Below, piece after piece: positions 1 through 8,021 of a stretch of 26,414 nt of DNA. The position numbers were made by a program, and so were the translations under genes. The stretch is from a virus (lineage: Duplodnaviria; Caudoviricetes), in the IMG/VR virus record IMGVR_UViG_3300039180_000770, positions 1 to 26,414 of that record; one strand, given 5' to 3'. The notes below the pieces were generated by a model that saw only the letters and a list, made by a program, of their open reading frames with translations, was not told the DNA's origin and did no database searches. Position 1 is the stretch's first letter. The number at the start of each line of letters is the position of its first letter.

Positions 1-1
1 T

Positions 2-433
2 TATTATCTAGAACCATTCGGAATTAATCCGATAGTATTCCAAAGTGGAACAGGACCAACTATATTTGCAAATAAAACTGCACAACAGGTTCCTAAATCT
101 GCTTTAAGTTCAATTAACGTTAGAGAGGTTGTAATTTATATCCAAGATGGTATTGATGCAATTCTTAAAAACTACTTATTTGAATTTAATACGGCTCAAA
201 CAAGATTAGAAATAAAAACATTAGCTGATAACTTTTTATCAACTGTTCAAAATGATGATGGTGTTTATGATTATAGAAATATAATGGATGAAACAAATAA
301 CACACCAGAAGTAATTGATCAGAATGTAGGTATCTTAGATACATATATTGAACCAGTAAGAGGAATGGAAATTCTTGTACAAAGAACAACTATTTTAAGA
401 ACTGGGGCAATAAGTACAGGAAACTTTCAATAA
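2..433 (+). CDS. Tail sheath protein, C-terminal part (T4 gp18-like), 5'-truncated by the window edge
   Basis: My translation of frame 2 is open from 2 to TAA at 431-433: ...GINPI...ANKTAQ...SALSSINVR...YLFEFN...DETNNTPEVIDQN...YIEPVRGME. These are typical sheath C-terminal motifs, and the tail tube gene follows. Not in the ORF track. Confidence 0.92.
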   Translation, partial: YYLEPFGINPIVFQSGTGPTIFANKTAQQVPKSALSSINVREVVIYIQDGIDAILKNYLFEFNTAQTRLEIKTLADNFLSTVQNDDGVYDYRNIMDETNNTPEVIDQNVGILDTYIEPVRGMEILVQRTTILRTGAISTGNFQ

Positions 434-448
434 GAAGCAACTAAAGAC

Positions 449-458
449 GAATATATAA
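449..458 (+). promoter_or_regulatory. Putative late-type promoter GAATATATAA
   Basis: RATATATAA recurs just upstream of genes (450, 1090, 1104, 7253, 14046, 17832, 22801) and resembles the T4 late -10 element TATAAATA. Confidence 0.5.
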
Positions 459-476
459 AAAAACAAATATAAAACT

Positions 477-1031
477 ATGCCGTTACCACATTATACCCAA
501 TCAAGGGCCAGTAGCCAAAGGTTCGAACCAATCCAACCAAACCTTTTTGAGCTGACTGTTTTTTCGCCATTAGGGGATGACACAGGTCTGATACTAGAGC
601 AAGTAATATCTATTGGAGGATTAAATGGATTAAATCCATCAATTGATGCTATAAATCAAAAATATAAGTTTGCCGATAGATCTTTCGCAGGTATGCCGGC
701 GCAGACGTTTGTTGATTTACCAGTTAACTTTACTCTTAACTTAAATGATGCAAATGAAAATTACATCTATAATACTTTCCGTAATTGGACTAATTTAATC
801 TATGATCCATTAACTGGTGAAATGGGATTAAAGAAAGATTATGTAGGAAGTATGATTTTAGTTCAATATAACAGAGCAGGAGATATTTATAGAAAGATTA
901 CATTTAAAGATGTATTCCCTGTAACACAAATTGATTTTGTTGATGAATTAAATTACACAGTTCTAGATGCAGTAGAATTAACGATGACTTATCGTTGTGA
1001 TCACTGGGTCGAGGAGAATGTAGGATCATAA
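477..1031 (+). CDS. Tail tube protein (T4 gp19-like)
   Basis: 184 aa directly after the sheath gene; NLFEL, FRNW, KKDYVG, QYNRAG..YRKITFKDVFP and final D-H-W pattern match the gp19 family. Confidence 0.88.
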   Translation: MPLPHYTQSRASSQRFEPIQPNLFELTVFSPLGDDTGLILEQVISIGGLNGLNPSIDAINQKYKFADRSFAGMPAQTFVDLPVNFTLNLNDANENYIYNTFRNWTNLIYDPLTGEMGLKKDYVGSMILVQYNRAGDIYRKITFKDVFPVTQIDFVDELNYTVLDAVELTMTYRCDHWVEENVGS

Positions 1032-1043
1032 ATTTTAAATATT

Positions 1044-1078
1044 AAAACTGGGAATATTAAAGTATTCCCAGTTTTTTT
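1044..1078 (+). terminator. Rho-independent terminator (possibly bidirectional)
   Basis: Perfect stem AAAACTGGGAATA (1044-1056) / TATTCCCAGTTTT (1063-1075) running into a T-tract, right after the tail tube stop. Confidence 0.9.
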
Positions 1079-1120
1079 GCCTTCACTCTAATATATAATA
1101 TAAAATATATAATATAGAAA

Positions 1121-1591
1121 ATGATAATCTATAAATTACAACAACAGAAAACAAACAAAGTTTATGTAGGGTATTCAGCAAATGATAACCCTAATAACTT
1201 TGGATCAGGTAAATACATTAAGCGTGCCGTAAAGGATTTTGGAACTACTTCATTTAACAGAGAAGTCTTAGAAGTTTTTAAAGAAAACGATTCACTAAGT
1301 GATATTTTAAAAAGAGTAGAATATTGGATTAATAAGTTTAAATCTGATAATCCTAAATATGGTTTTAATGAAACTGTACAGGAGCTTATTCCTCAAAAGA
1401 AAAAACTTACCAAAAAATTACAAGTATTATTAACGCCTGAAGATGAAGATAGTCTTAATGCAATTATTATACAAAAATCAATGGAAACTAGGATTAAACC
1501 TGTGGCCATTTCAAGGTATGTTAGACAATTAATAGTAGAACATATTGTTGATGAAACTAGACCAGAAAAACAATTAATAAAAAATAATTAA
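1121..1591 (+). CDS. GIY-YIG (Seg-like) domain fused to a C-terminal ribbon-helix-helix-like segment
   Basis: IIYKL...VYVG...GSG..IKRAVKDFG...F.REVLE...YWI...GFN is a Seg-like GIY-YIG pattern. The C-terminus KKLQVLLT..DEDSL...ISRYVRQLI has an RHH-like pattern. Confidence 0.7.
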   Translation: MIIYKLQQQKTNKVYVGYSANDNPNNFGSGKYIKRAVKDFGTTSFNREVLEVFKENDSLSDILKRVEYWINKFKSDNPKYGFNETVQELIPQKKKLTKKLQVLLTPEDEDSLNAIIIQKSMETRIKPVAISRYVRQLIVEHIVDETRPEKQLIKNN

Positions 1592-1594
1592 GAA

Positions 1595-2593
1595 ATGTCA
1601 AACGAACACGAAGATAATATTAAAAAAGAATTTGAAGCAGCCGAAGGTATTACAGTTGAAGCAACAGAAACTCCAAATAAAGTAGTACAAGATTTAGGAA
1701 CTGTTGATGTTGCACGACAGATGGGTAAAATTACTTCAGATGATCCTGAGATTAAAAGAATAAATGCAATGGTTGGTTATACCACATTGGATCTTAATAC
1801 ATTCCCTTCTAAGGGTAAATTTTATAGGGATGATTTTGAAATTCATATTAGACCTGCAAAAGTTGCTGAAATTAGAAACTTTTCAACTATTGATGAAGAA
1901 AATCTTAGAGAAGTAGATGAAGGTTTAAATAATATAGTAGTATCATGCTGTAAAGTAATGTATGGAAAGCAAAGAGGTTCTTATAAAGATATTCTTGAGG
2001 AAGATCGTATTTATTTAATTTTAGCAATTAGAGAATTAACATTTAAGACTGGTGAACAAACATTAATGATGCCAGTTGGTAAAAAGAGTTGTAAATCTCA
2101 AGATTGTAAATCTCAAGAATCTATAGAGTTAAGAACTACTAATTTACAGTTTAATTCTGTGGTAGAAAAATTTGAAAAATACTATGATGAAAATGATAGG
2201 TGTTATTCTGTATCTACAAAAAGTTATGGTGTTATACAAATGGCACCTCCTACTATAGGTGTTATGCGGGCCATAACTGATTACGTGAGAGATAGAGAAG
2301 AAAAAAACTTAGGGTGGGATAAATCTACACTGGCTATATTACCTTACTTACAGAGAGAATGGCGAGGATGGAATGAAAAAGATATATTTGCAAAGATAAC
2401 ATCCTTTCAAGGTTGGGACTCTACAAAATATACAATTGTCTACAGATTAGCTGAAGATATGAAAGTCGGTGTTAAACCGGAGATGGTATTTCCATGTAAA
2501 AGCTGCGGTGAGGAGGTCACCGTGCCACTAACGTTTCCCGGCGGTATTAAAGCTCTATTCATTATTTCAGATATCTCTTCTGAACTTCTTTAA
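1595..2593 (+). CDS. Baseplate hub / tail assembly chaperone (T4 gp26-like)
   Basis: FPSKGKFY, IRPAKV.E, EDRIYLILAIRELT and Cys pairs (CKSQDC, CKSCG); lies between tail tube and tape measure genes. Confidence 0.75.
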   Translation: MSNEHEDNIKKEFEAAEGITVEATETPNKVVQDLGTVDVARQMGKITSDDPEIKRINAMVGYTTLDLNTFPSKGKFYRDDFEIHIRPAKVAEIRNFSTIDEENLREVDEGLNNIVVSCCKVMYGKQRGSYKDILEEDRIYLILAIRELTFKTGEQTLMMPVGKKSCKSQDCKSQESIELRTTNLQFNSVVEKFEKYYDENDRCYSVSTKSYGVIQMAPPTIGVMRAITDYVRDREEKNLGWDKSTLAILPYLQREWRGWNEKDIFAKITSFQGWDSTKYTIVYRLAEDMKVGVKPEMVFPCKSCGEEVTVPLTFPGGIKALFIISDISSELL

Positions 2594-2831
2594 AATTAGA
2601 GTACTATTATTAGAAAAGTTGCATCTCCAACCATCAGAGTTGGATTTGCTTCCTTTCTATGAATATGAGTATACGCTGGAAATCTATAATGATTTGTTAA
2701 AAGATCGAAATAAACAAGAACAACAAAATACTAAAGACACACAGGATAAATACAATATGGATGGGCTATCTAGTAAAATGAAAAATCCTAAGATGCCTAA
2801 GATGCCTAATATATCCATGCCAAAATTATAA
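2532..2831 (+). CDS. gp51-like hub assembly / tail chaperone C-terminal ORF; start uncertain (track start TTG 2619; frame open from 2532)
   Basis: Frame reads RFPAVLKLYSLFQISLLNFFKIRVLLLEKLHLQPSELDLLPFYEYEY..., similar in pattern to short gp51-like proteins of marine T4-like phages. No ATG precedes the conserved-looking part. Confidence 0.65.
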   Translation, partial: RFPAVLKLYSLFQISLLNFFKIRVLLLEKLHLQPSELDLLPFYEYEYTLEIYNDLLKDRNKQEQQNTKDTQDKYNMDGLSSKMKNPKMPKMPNISMPKL

Positions 2832-2844
2832 AAATAAAATTTAA

Positions 2845-5800
2845 ATGGCTGCTGTAACTTTAAAAGATTTGATGGATCCGTTAACTAAGATCCAAGCTGC
2901 TACTGAATCTACGGCGGAAGCTGTGGATTCTTTGTCTGTAGCAATAGGCACACAAATGCAAGGCACTAATGCTGTACTACAGAAATTAGATAAATTGGTT
3001 GCTGCGCAAACTGGTGTATTGGATGGTAATACAGATATAATAATGATGAGGCTTGCACTAAATCGCAATAAATTATTAGCTAAAATTGCTAGTGGGGAGA
3101 GTGGTAGTAAAGGAAAGGCTGCTGGTGGTGGAAAAACAGGAAAACTTAAAGAGGGTGGTGAAGCATTAGGACTATTAGGAGCTGGTGCATCAACGTTAGC
3201 AAAAGGTATGTTATTATTTCAGCTAGTACCAAAGAAGGGTATTAAAAAGTTTAGAGATACCTTATATGATCTCTTTGATATCATGGATACGTTTAATGGC
3301 AAGAAAATAAAGAAAGGTGCAGAAGGGTTTAAATTAATAGCTGATTCTATTGGCACATTTGCAAAAAATTTAGTATTAGCAACACTCCTTTTACCAATAG
3401 GATTAGTAGGGGTAAAATTATTAAAGGTTGCGGTAAACGGTTTATACACTACATTTACCGATTTAGGAGAAGATTCAAAAACAATCAATAAAGGTGCTAA
3501 GGCTTTAGACTTAATGGGTACTTCGCTATTATCATTTGCTAAAGGGTTGGCTCTTGCTGGTTTAGTAGCTATTGTTGGTATTGTTGCAATTCCATTTTTA
3601 ATTGTTAGTTTAGTTTTAGTAGGTGGTGCTATAATGCTACTTGGTAAGCGTGATAAACAAATAAAGAAAGGTGCAAAGGCACTAGATAGGGTTGGGGATT
3701 CTTTAAAATCATTTGGTATAGGTTTAGCTATATTTGCAATAACTACATTTTTTATTATGCTACAGCCTACTATTCTTATAGGAATGGTTGCTAGTATAGT
3801 TTTAATAGGTGGCGCAGTGGCATTAATCGGGTTGCTAAATAAACAAATTAATAAAGGATCATTATCTCTTGCTCTTATGGGCTTGGGTTTAATTGCATTC
3901 GGGATAGGTTATTCAATATTTGCAGCAGCCATTGCAACAACGGCACCTACTATTGGTGATATTGGCATACAGTTCGCAGTCATAGCAGGTATGGGTTTAG
4001 TAACTGCCCTATTAGGCGCTGGTTTAAGTTTAATAGCGCAAGGTGCACTTTCTCTTGTTCTTATGGGCGCTGGGTTAATTATATTTGGTATGGGGTATAC
4101 TCCATTTGCTGAAGCTACTAAAGGTGCAACATTAGAAAGCGTTGGTGTTCAGGCTGGTGTATTAACTGCGTTAGGTTTAGTATTTGCAGCAGCAGGTTTA
4201 GGTGCAATAGCTATTATACCAGGTGCTGCTGCATTTGGTGCAATAGGTTTAGGCTTAATGGCATTAGCACCAGGTTTAAAGGCAATGAAAAAGGTTGACT
4301 TTACTGAAGATGATGCTCTTAAATTAACAACAACATTAGCTGGTGTAAAGATGGCATTTTTAGGACCTCCTAATAAAGGTGGAGTAATAAGTGGAATCTT
4401 TAAGAGTATAGGTGGGGCAATAAGCGGTGGTGCCGATGCGGTCGCAATGACAGCAGCTGCTGTTGGTTTTGCCGCTGCAGGTAAATCATTAACTGCACTA
4501 TCCACAGGGCTAAAAGATTATCAAAAATTAAATTGGTCTGATAGCGAAAGCTTAACTTTAGCTGGAACTTTATCTGGTATAACATCAGCATTTGCACAAG
4601 CAGGTGGCGAACCTGCAAGCCCAGGTGGACTGTTTGGTGCAGTATTTGGAAATACATTCAGTCCTAATGCAACCAAGAGAGGTGTTGATTCTGTTATGGG
4701 GGCAGGTAAAGCATTAACTAGCATAGCAACAGGTTTAACAGTATTTCAAAAATTAGTAAAATCAAAAATTGATTTTATAGGATTATCAAAAGATATAGCA
4801 AAGGTTATTGGATTTGTGTCTGAAGCTTTTGCTGCAATTGGTGGATCTGATCAAGATGTTGAATCAGGCGGATTTTTTAGTGGTTTATTTGGCATTAAGT
4901 CAACAGCAACAGAAGAAGGTATTAGATCTGTAATGGATGCAGGAAGCGCACTAACAGGAATTGCCACTGGTTTAGAAGCTTTTAAAGGATTAAAAAATCC
5001 AGAAGAAACTGCAAGTAAAATTAAAAGCGTGCTTGGTTTTGTTTCTGAAGCTTTTGCTGCAATAGGTGGTTCGGATCAAGATGTTGAATCAGGTGGATTT
5101 TTTAGTGGTTTATTTGGTATTAAGTCAACAGCAACAGAAGAAGGTATTAGATCTGTTAAAGGTGCAGGTGATGAATTAGTTAAAATAGGAACAGCCTTAG
5201 AAAAATTTGCGGGTTTAAAAGATCCAAATGCAACAGCAGCAAAAATTAAAGCAGTCTTAGGAATGGTAGGGCAAGCTTTTGCTTCTGTAGGTGGAAGTGA
5301 AAATGAAGAATCTGATGGTAATTGGTTTATATCATGGGATGAAAATAAAATTGAAAAAGGTATTGATGCAGTAGACGGTGCAGGTGCTGCGTTAACTGAT
5401 ATTGCAGCTGGGCTTAAAGCGTTTAGTGGAGACTTTGATCCTGTTTCAGTTGCAAAATCTATTGGAACTCTATTAACATCAATAGGAACTGCATTTAGTG
5501 ATCTCTATGCAACTAACCCTCTTATATCACCGCAACTAAAAGACTTCTCATCATTCATTGTAACATTAGGAGATGTTGCAGAAAAAGGACTATTAGACAA
5601 AGCAGCTGATGGAATTTCTAAGATTGCAGATTCTATTAATAAAATAGATATTGACAAGACAGTTGCATTTGGTGATCTATTTAAATCAAGCTCTGCTCTA
5701 TCTGAAGACAGAGGTGCATATAGAGCTTTAGCCAGAGCAGTAGAAGATATTAGAGATATGATGGAAGAAACTGGTGGAGGTGGACCTGGTCTTATTGATA

Positions 5801-5982
5801 AAGGGTTAAACGCGCTAGATGGTGGAAATCGTGGTGCTGCCCCTGCTGCAGCAAAATCATCTTCGGGTGGTTTAGATATAAAAAGGTTAAATAGTACATT
5901 GTCCAGCCTAAGTACAGCAATTACACAACTACCAGGTAACATAGAGTCCGCAACCTTCGAAGTAGTAGATCCAAACAGATAA
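2845..5982 (+). CDS. Tail tape measure protein
   Basis: 1045 aa, Ala/Gly/Leu-rich, with many hydrophobic helices and internal ~75-aa repeats; follows the tube and chaperone genes. Confidence 0.85.
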   Translation: MAAVTLKDLMDPLTKIQAATESTAEAVDSLSVAIGTQMQGTNAVLQKLDKLVAAQTGVLDGNTDIIMMRLALNRNKLLAKIASGESGSKGKAAGGGKTGKLKEGGEALGLLGAGASTLAKGMLLFQLVPKKGIKKFRDTLYDLFDIMDTFNGKKIKKGAEGFKLIADSIGTFAKNLVLATLLLPIGLVGVKLLKVAVNGLYTTFTDLGEDSKTINKGAKALDLMGTSLLSFAKGLALAGLVAIVGIVAIPFLIVSLVLVGGAIMLLGKRDKQIKKGAKALDRVGDSLKSFGIGLAIFAITTFFIMLQPTILIGMVASIVLIGGAVALIGLLNKQINKGSLSLALMGLGLIAFGIGYSIFAAAIATTAPTIGDIGIQFAVIAGMGLVTALLGAGLSLIAQGALSLVLMGAGLIIFGMGYTPFAEATKGATLESVGVQAGVLTALGLVFAAAGLGAIAIIPGAAAFGAIGLGLMALAPGLKAMKKVDFTEDDALKLTTTLAGVKMAFLGPPNKGGVISGIFKSIGGAISGGADAVAMTAAAVGFAAAGKSLTALSTGLKDYQKLNWSDSESLTLAGTLSGITSAFAQAGGEPASPGGLFGAVFGNTFSPNATKRGVDSVMGAGKALTSIATGLTVFQKLVKSKIDFIGLSKDIAKVIGFVSEAFAAIGGSDQDVESGGFFSGLFGIKSTATEEGIRSVMDAGSALTGIATGLEAFKGLKNPEETASKIKSVLGFVSEAFAAIGGSDQDVESGGFFSGLFGIKSTATEEGIRSVKGAGDELVKIGTALEKFAGLKDPNATAAKIKAVLGMVGQAFASVGGSENEESDGNWFISWDENKIEKGIDAVDGAGAALTDIAAGLKAFSGDFDPVSVAKSIGTLLTSIGTAFSDLYATNPLISPQLKDFSSFIVTLGDVAEKGLLDKAADGISKIADSINKIDIDKTVAFGDLFKSSSALSEDRGAYRALARAVEDIRDMMEETGGGGPGLIDKGLNALDGGNRGAAPAAAKSSSGGLDIKRLNSTLSSLSTAITQLPGNIESATFEVVDPNR
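4810..5157 (+). repeat. Intragenic direct repeat: two 123-nt copies (4810-4932, 5035-5157), period 225 nt
   Basis: Both copies encode GFVSEAFAAIGGSDQDVESGGFFSGLFGIKSTATEEGIRSV; 8 nucleotide differences, all synonymous. Confidence 0.95.
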
Positions 5983-6004
5983 TTTAAAAACTTTTTAATT
6001 TTCT

Positions 6005-6033
6005 TAAAACTAACTTAATTTTTAGCTATATAA
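6005..6033 (+). promoter_or_regulatory. Putative bipartite phage promoter (TA)AAAC-N17-ATATAA
   Basis: AAAC ends at 6010 and ATATAA is at 6028-6033; same architecture at five other gene starts. Confidence 0.6.
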
Positions 6034-6065
6034 AATATAATAACAGCTAAAGTAAAAAGTATAGT

Positions 6066-6869
6066 ATGAAGAAAAATATAGTTTGGTTTGATTTAGAAAC
6101 CACAGGAATAAGTACAACATCAGATCGCATTATTGAGATATGTATGATCAAGACTGATTTTGATGGAAATGAAATTGAAACTTATAATCAATTAGTTAAC
6201 CCAGGAAATGTAGAGATGCGACCTGAGGCTGTAGATAAGCATGGGATTTCTCTAGAGATGTTAAAGGATAAACCTACCTTTGAAATGATAGCATCTGAAA
6301 TAAATGATTTTATTGGTGATAGTGACTTAGGAGGGTATAATGCCTTATTCTTTGATGTACCATTCTTATGCGAGGAATTTATGAGATGTGGTATTATATT
6401 TGATCATCGCAGTAGAGCTGTAATGGACCCTTTCCTTATATACAGTAACTATGAAAAAAGAGATCTAACCAGTACTTATAAAAAATTCACAGGTAAAGAT
6501 TTAGAAGGCGCCCACAGAGCTGAAGCTGATGTTAGAGCTACAATGGAAATATTTCAAAAACAGAGAGAGGTTTATTCAATGGCTGAAACTGCTGAGGAGA
6601 TTGACAAAGAAGTAAATACTCGTAGAGCAGATCAAGTAGATTTAAGTGGTAAATTAAAATTTGCTGAAGTTGATGGCAAAAGAACAATTATATTTAATTT
6701 TGGTAAACATAAAGGTTTTGCTTTTAAAACTGTTTATAAGAATGATTCTAATTACATTAATTGGATTATTGAAAAAGGTGAGTTTTCTAAAGAACTTAAA
6801 ATCCTATGTACTAAATTGCTTGCAAAATTTAGAGCTGAAGAAAATAAAAATATAGAAATGCCATACTAA
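6066..6869 (+). CDS. DEDDh 3'-5' exonuclease (DnaQ/ExoX-like) with C-terminal FGKHKG domain
   Basis: ExoI FDLETTG, ExoII YNALFFDVPFL, ExoIII HRAEAD; C-terminal FNFGKHKG...YINWI motif. Confidence 0.92.
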   Translation: MKKNIVWFDLETTGISTTSDRIIEICMIKTDFDGNEIETYNQLVNPGNVEMRPEAVDKHGISLEMLKDKPTFEMIASEINDFIGDSDLGGYNALFFDVPFLCEEFMRCGIIFDHRSRAVMDPFLIYSNYEKRDLTSTYKKFTGKDLEGAHRAEADVRATMEIFQKQREVYSMAETAEEIDKEVNTRRADQVDLSGKLKFAEVDGKRTIIFNFGKHKGFAFKTVYKNDSNYINWIIEKGEFSKELKILCTKLLAKFRAEENKNIEMPY

Positions 6870-6931
6870 TCTTTCAGAAGTAAGAAAGATTTGTTACTAT
6901 TATAATATACTGAACAATAACACTAGAAAAA

Positions 6932-7261
6932 ATGAACAGATTAGAAAGACCAGATTTAGCAACAGATGTATCATTCCATGGGCATGCCTTTTTTGCAACA
7001 AAACAAGATATAGAAAAAGTATGCGGTACTGTAATGTATACCGATAATGATATTACTGAAAAGGTACAAAATGAATGGGAAATGCAAACTGAGGATAGTA
7101 CTGCAATTACTATATATGACTACAAAGAATATCGTGAATATTCTGATGATGAAAAGATTGAATGGCATATAGGCGCAAATAATAGATTTGGTTCAAAGAA
7201 AGGATATGATGAATTAAAAAGAGCCTTTCACCTACATCCTAAAGTTACTTATAATATATAA
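6932..7261 (+). CDS. Hypothetical phage protein
   Basis: 109-aa ORF with A-rich leader, co-oriented; EKVQNEW...TIYDYKEY...WHIG pattern. Confidence 0.75.
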   Translation: MNRLERPDLATDVSFHGHAFFATKQDIEKVCGTVMYTDNDITEKVQNEWEMQTEDSTAITIYDYKEYREYSDDEKIEWHIGANNRFGSKKGYDELKRAFHLHPKVTYNI

Positions 7262-7280
7262 TAAAGTTCATTGAATTATC

Positions 7281-7632
7281 GGGGGTGCACGGCTTTTGAC
7301 AGTATGATTGAAATAAAAACCACAGTACCGGGTGATGACCTACATCGACCTTAGCCGACAACGCTGAGTACGCAATGGCTGCCTAAGTAGGTAAGTAATG
7401 CACATCATGTTATTAGTATGCTTGTAAATAACCAAGATGTAAAAAGAAGCAGTATAGGTGTATATGGGCTAGCTATTAAAAACCACCTTAAGAGTTTTAT
7501 ACAGTACGCAGTTTTAGAATGTTATGCTTAAAACATTATTGATTTTTGGAAGTTTATAAAAACTTATCCTACACTGTAAGAATGTTTTTTATGAATACAT
7601 ATTGGACGTGGGTTCGAATCCCACCACCTCCA
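7281..7632 (+). ncRNA. ssrA: tmRNA (transfer-messenger RNA), one-piece
   Basis: Acceptor stem GGGGGTG (7281-7287) pairs with CACCTCC (7625-7631), including a G3:U wobble, with discriminator A at 7632. T-arm GTGGG-TTCGAAT-CCCAC (7608-7624). 5' GGCTTTTGAC motif. CAGTATG (7300-7306) pairs with CATATTG (7598-7604). Internal tag ORF ADNAEYAMAA* at 7354-7386. Confidence 0.96.
7354..7386 (+). other. tmRNA tag reading frame (A)ADNAEYAMAA*
   Basis: GCC GAC AAC GCT GAG TAC GCA ATG GCT GCC TAA, ending in the Y-A-x-A-A degron pattern. The exact resume codon (7354 vs 7357) is uncertain. Confidence 0.85.
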
Positions 7633-7658
7633 CAAAATAAAAATAGTTAAAATAAGTA

Positions 7659-7805
7659 ATGACAACAAATCAAGAAACAAACAACGGACAAACGCAAGTT
7701 AACCAAACCAGGAACTCGTTTAATGACAAGGTATCTAAGTATAAAATGCTAGGTTCTTCTAAAAAAGTACAGTGGGATAACATAAGAAGAAATCGATCAA
7801 TATGA
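7659..7805 (+). CDS. Small hypothetical protein (48 aa), not in ORF track
   Basis: MTTNQETNNGQTQVNQTRNSFNDKVSKYKMLGSSKKVQWDNIRRNRSI*; A-rich leader; ATGA overlap with the next ORF. Confidence 0.7.
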   Translation: MTTNQETNNGQTQVNQTRNSFNDKVSKYKMLGSSKKVQWDNIRRNRSI

Positions 7806-8011
7806 CAAATGATTATTCATATGTTATGAAGGTGATAACAAATAAAAATAATAACCGTTATCATTACCCTGCTCTTAAAAGATTAATATCTATTTGGGAA
7901 ATTAAATGGCAGGATGCACATAAAGAAAAATACTTTGATATTTATTTGCATTCTCTTAAAACTACACTCAAAAGATCGTTCAGTAAACAAATAGATAAAT
8001 TGACTATATAA
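7802..8011 (+). CDS. Hypothetical protein
   Basis: 69-aa ORF translationally coupled (ATGA) to the upstream small ORF. Confidence 0.65.
   Translation: MTNDYSYVMKVITNKNNNRYHYPALKRLISIWEIKWQDAHKEKYFDIYLHSLKTTLKRSFSKQIDKLTI
7984..8011 (+). promoter_or_regulatory. Putative bipartite phage promoter TAAAC-N17-ATATAA
   Basis: TAAAC 7984-7988 and ATATAA 8006-8011, 10 nt before the topoisomerase ATG. Confidence 0.65.
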
Positions 8012-8021
8012 AAATAAAAAT

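Noticed and set aside
186-389. Minus-strand 67-aa ORF
   Set aside because: Antisense to the tail sheath C-terminus, which has clear motifs in + frame 2.
2787-2810. 9-nt tandem repeat CCTAAGATG (PKMPKMPN)
   Set aside because: About 2.5 in-frame copies encoding a low-complexity tail; no spacers, not CRISPR or regulatory.
2841-5942. Six minus-strand ORFs inside the tape measure gene
   Set aside because: Antisense shadows of an Ala/Gly-rich gene; no motifs or expression signals.
6661-7168. Nested + ORF 6661-6855 and minus ORF 6971-7168
   Set aside because: Both lie inside better-supported genes and show off-frame composition.
7604-7632. Stand-alone tRNA suggested by GGTTCGAATCC
   Set aside because: No anticodon arm nearby; the acceptor partner is about 340 nt upstream, so this is the tmRNA 3' end.
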